A stretch of DNA of 64,000 nt, taken from Candidatus Undinarchaeales archaeon. Lineage in GTDB: Archaea; SpSt-1190; JASMDC01. The stretch is from NCBI GenBank assembly GCA_030753015.1, contig JASMDC010000004.1, positions 32,001 through 96,000 on the forward strand, written 5' to 3'. This document shows positions 63,103 to 64,000 of the stretch, one piece after another. The position numbers were made by a program, and so were the translations under genes. Positions within the stretch are counted from its first letter, which is position 1. The number at the start of each line of letters is the position of its first letter. Under the pieces are notes generated by a model. The model did not search any database. It saw only the letters and a list, made by a program, of their open reading frames with translations, and had not been told where the DNA came from.

Positions 63103-64000
63103 TCACCCCTCCACGGCATACACGGTCCTCGTCCCGAACTCGGCTTTCTTTCCCTTGTTCCACTGACTCGTGGGCCTCAGGTACCCCACCACCCTCGAGA
63201 AGACCTCCGCTCTGCGCCCGCAGGTGGGACAAGTCTCATGCTCGCCTGCAAGATAGCCATGAGTGGGGCAGACGCTGAAAGTCGGGGTGAAGGTAATATA
63301 GGGTAGGCGGTAGTTCTCGCAGAGCCGTCGGACCAGGAGCTTGACCGTGTCGGGGCTCAGGGGCATTTCACCTGCGAAGACGTGCAGGACCGTCCCCCCG
63401 GTGTACCGTGTCTGGAACTCGTCCTGCAGATCGAACGCCTCGAACACGTCGTCGGTGAAGTTCACGGGCAGGTGTGTGGAGTTGGTATAGAACGGCTCGG
63501 CCCCTTGGCCGTGGTGTTCCTCGTTGGCGCATATGATGGCGGGATGCTTCTCCTTGTCGGCCTTGGCAAGCCTGTAGGACGCTCCCTCCGCAGGGGTGGC
63601 CTCGAGGTTGTAGTTGTTCCCCGTCTCCTCCTGGAACGTCACGAGCTTCTCCCTCATTGCGTCAAGGACCTTGAGCGTGAAGGCATGCCCGCGCTCGCTT
63701 GCGATGTTTTCTCCGAACAGGTTCAAGCAGGCCTCGTTCATCCCAATGAGACCGATCGTCGAGAAGTGGTTCTTCCAGTATTCACCGAACCTTTCTTTGA
63801 TATGGTCGAGGTAATGCTTCGTATATGGATAGAGGTCGTTCTCCGTGAACTTCTCCAGCGCCTTCCTCTTTATCTCAAGGCTCTCCCTGGCCAGGACCAT
63901 CAGTGCGTCAAGGCGCTCCATGAACCCGTTCTCGTCATCGGCGAGAAAGCCGATCCTCGGCATGTTCAACGTGACCACACCGATGGAGCCTGTCAGTGGA
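63103..64000 (-). CDS. nrdD: Class III ribonucleotide reductase, C-terminal part (truncated by the window)
   Basis: Motifs TGSIGVVTLN, HFSTIG, EATPAEG, YTGGTV and CPTHG...CPTC; glycyl radical loop RVVGYL. Confidence 0.95.
   Translation of the reverse strand, partial: PLTGSIGVVTLNMPRIGFLADDENGFMERLDALMVLARESLEIKRKALEKFTENDLYPYTKHYLDHIKERFGEYWKNHFSTIGLIGMNEACLNLFGENIASERGHAFTLKVLDAMREKLVTFQEETGNNYNLEATPAEGASYRLAKADKEKHPAIICANEEHHGQGAEPFYTNSTHLPVNFTDDVFEAFDLQDEFQTRYTGGTVLHVFAGEMPLSPDTVKLLVRRLCENYRLPYITFTPTFSVCPTHGYLAGEHETCPTCGRRAEVFSRVVGYLRPTSQWNKGKKAEFGTRTVYAVEG

Noticed and set aside
1-64000. CRISPR arrays, tRNAs, rRNAs, transposases, integrases
   Set aside because: None was recognised by eye in the intergenic gaps or ORF translations.

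Overview
GC-rich chromosomal window from an anaerobic archaeon. The evidence is AglB with WWDYG, AglH, archaeal-type GlyRS and Cmk, a type A archaeal RNase P RNA, and TATA boxes about 25 nt upstream of start codons. From left to right it contains: (i) two tandem paralogous multi-TM proteins ending in a degenerate KaiC/RAD55-like domain, plus two orphan membrane proteins; (ii) a type II pantothenate kinase-like gene, an M14 peptidase, a YjbQ-like gene, cmk, rnpB and glyS; (iii) an aglB-aglH-B12 radical SAM-GT-C-like operon, an Ig/OB/NapH-polyferredoxin fusion and an SGNH-PQQ fusion; (iv) an ssnA-preA-codA nucleobase catabolism operon with a coiled-coil and two CBS genes; (v) a second glycan cluster with asnB; (vi) nikR with a visible operator, a CbiMNQO-type Ni/Co ECF transporter and an ectodomain-RcnA fusion; (vii) mobB and two PNPOx-like genes; (viii) an hdrCBA-flxDCBA bifurcating operon with a coupled prenyltransferase; (ix) ttrBCA-torD-moeA-tatA, a decayed second nrfD fragment and nrdG/nrdD. 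I saw no CRISPR array, tRNA, rRNA or transposase. All family calls come from motif recognition by eye, not database searches. The best candidates for undescribed systems are the membrane/pseudo-KaiC receptor pair, the radical SAM embedded in the N-glycosylation operon, and the Ig-NapH ferredoxin fusion.
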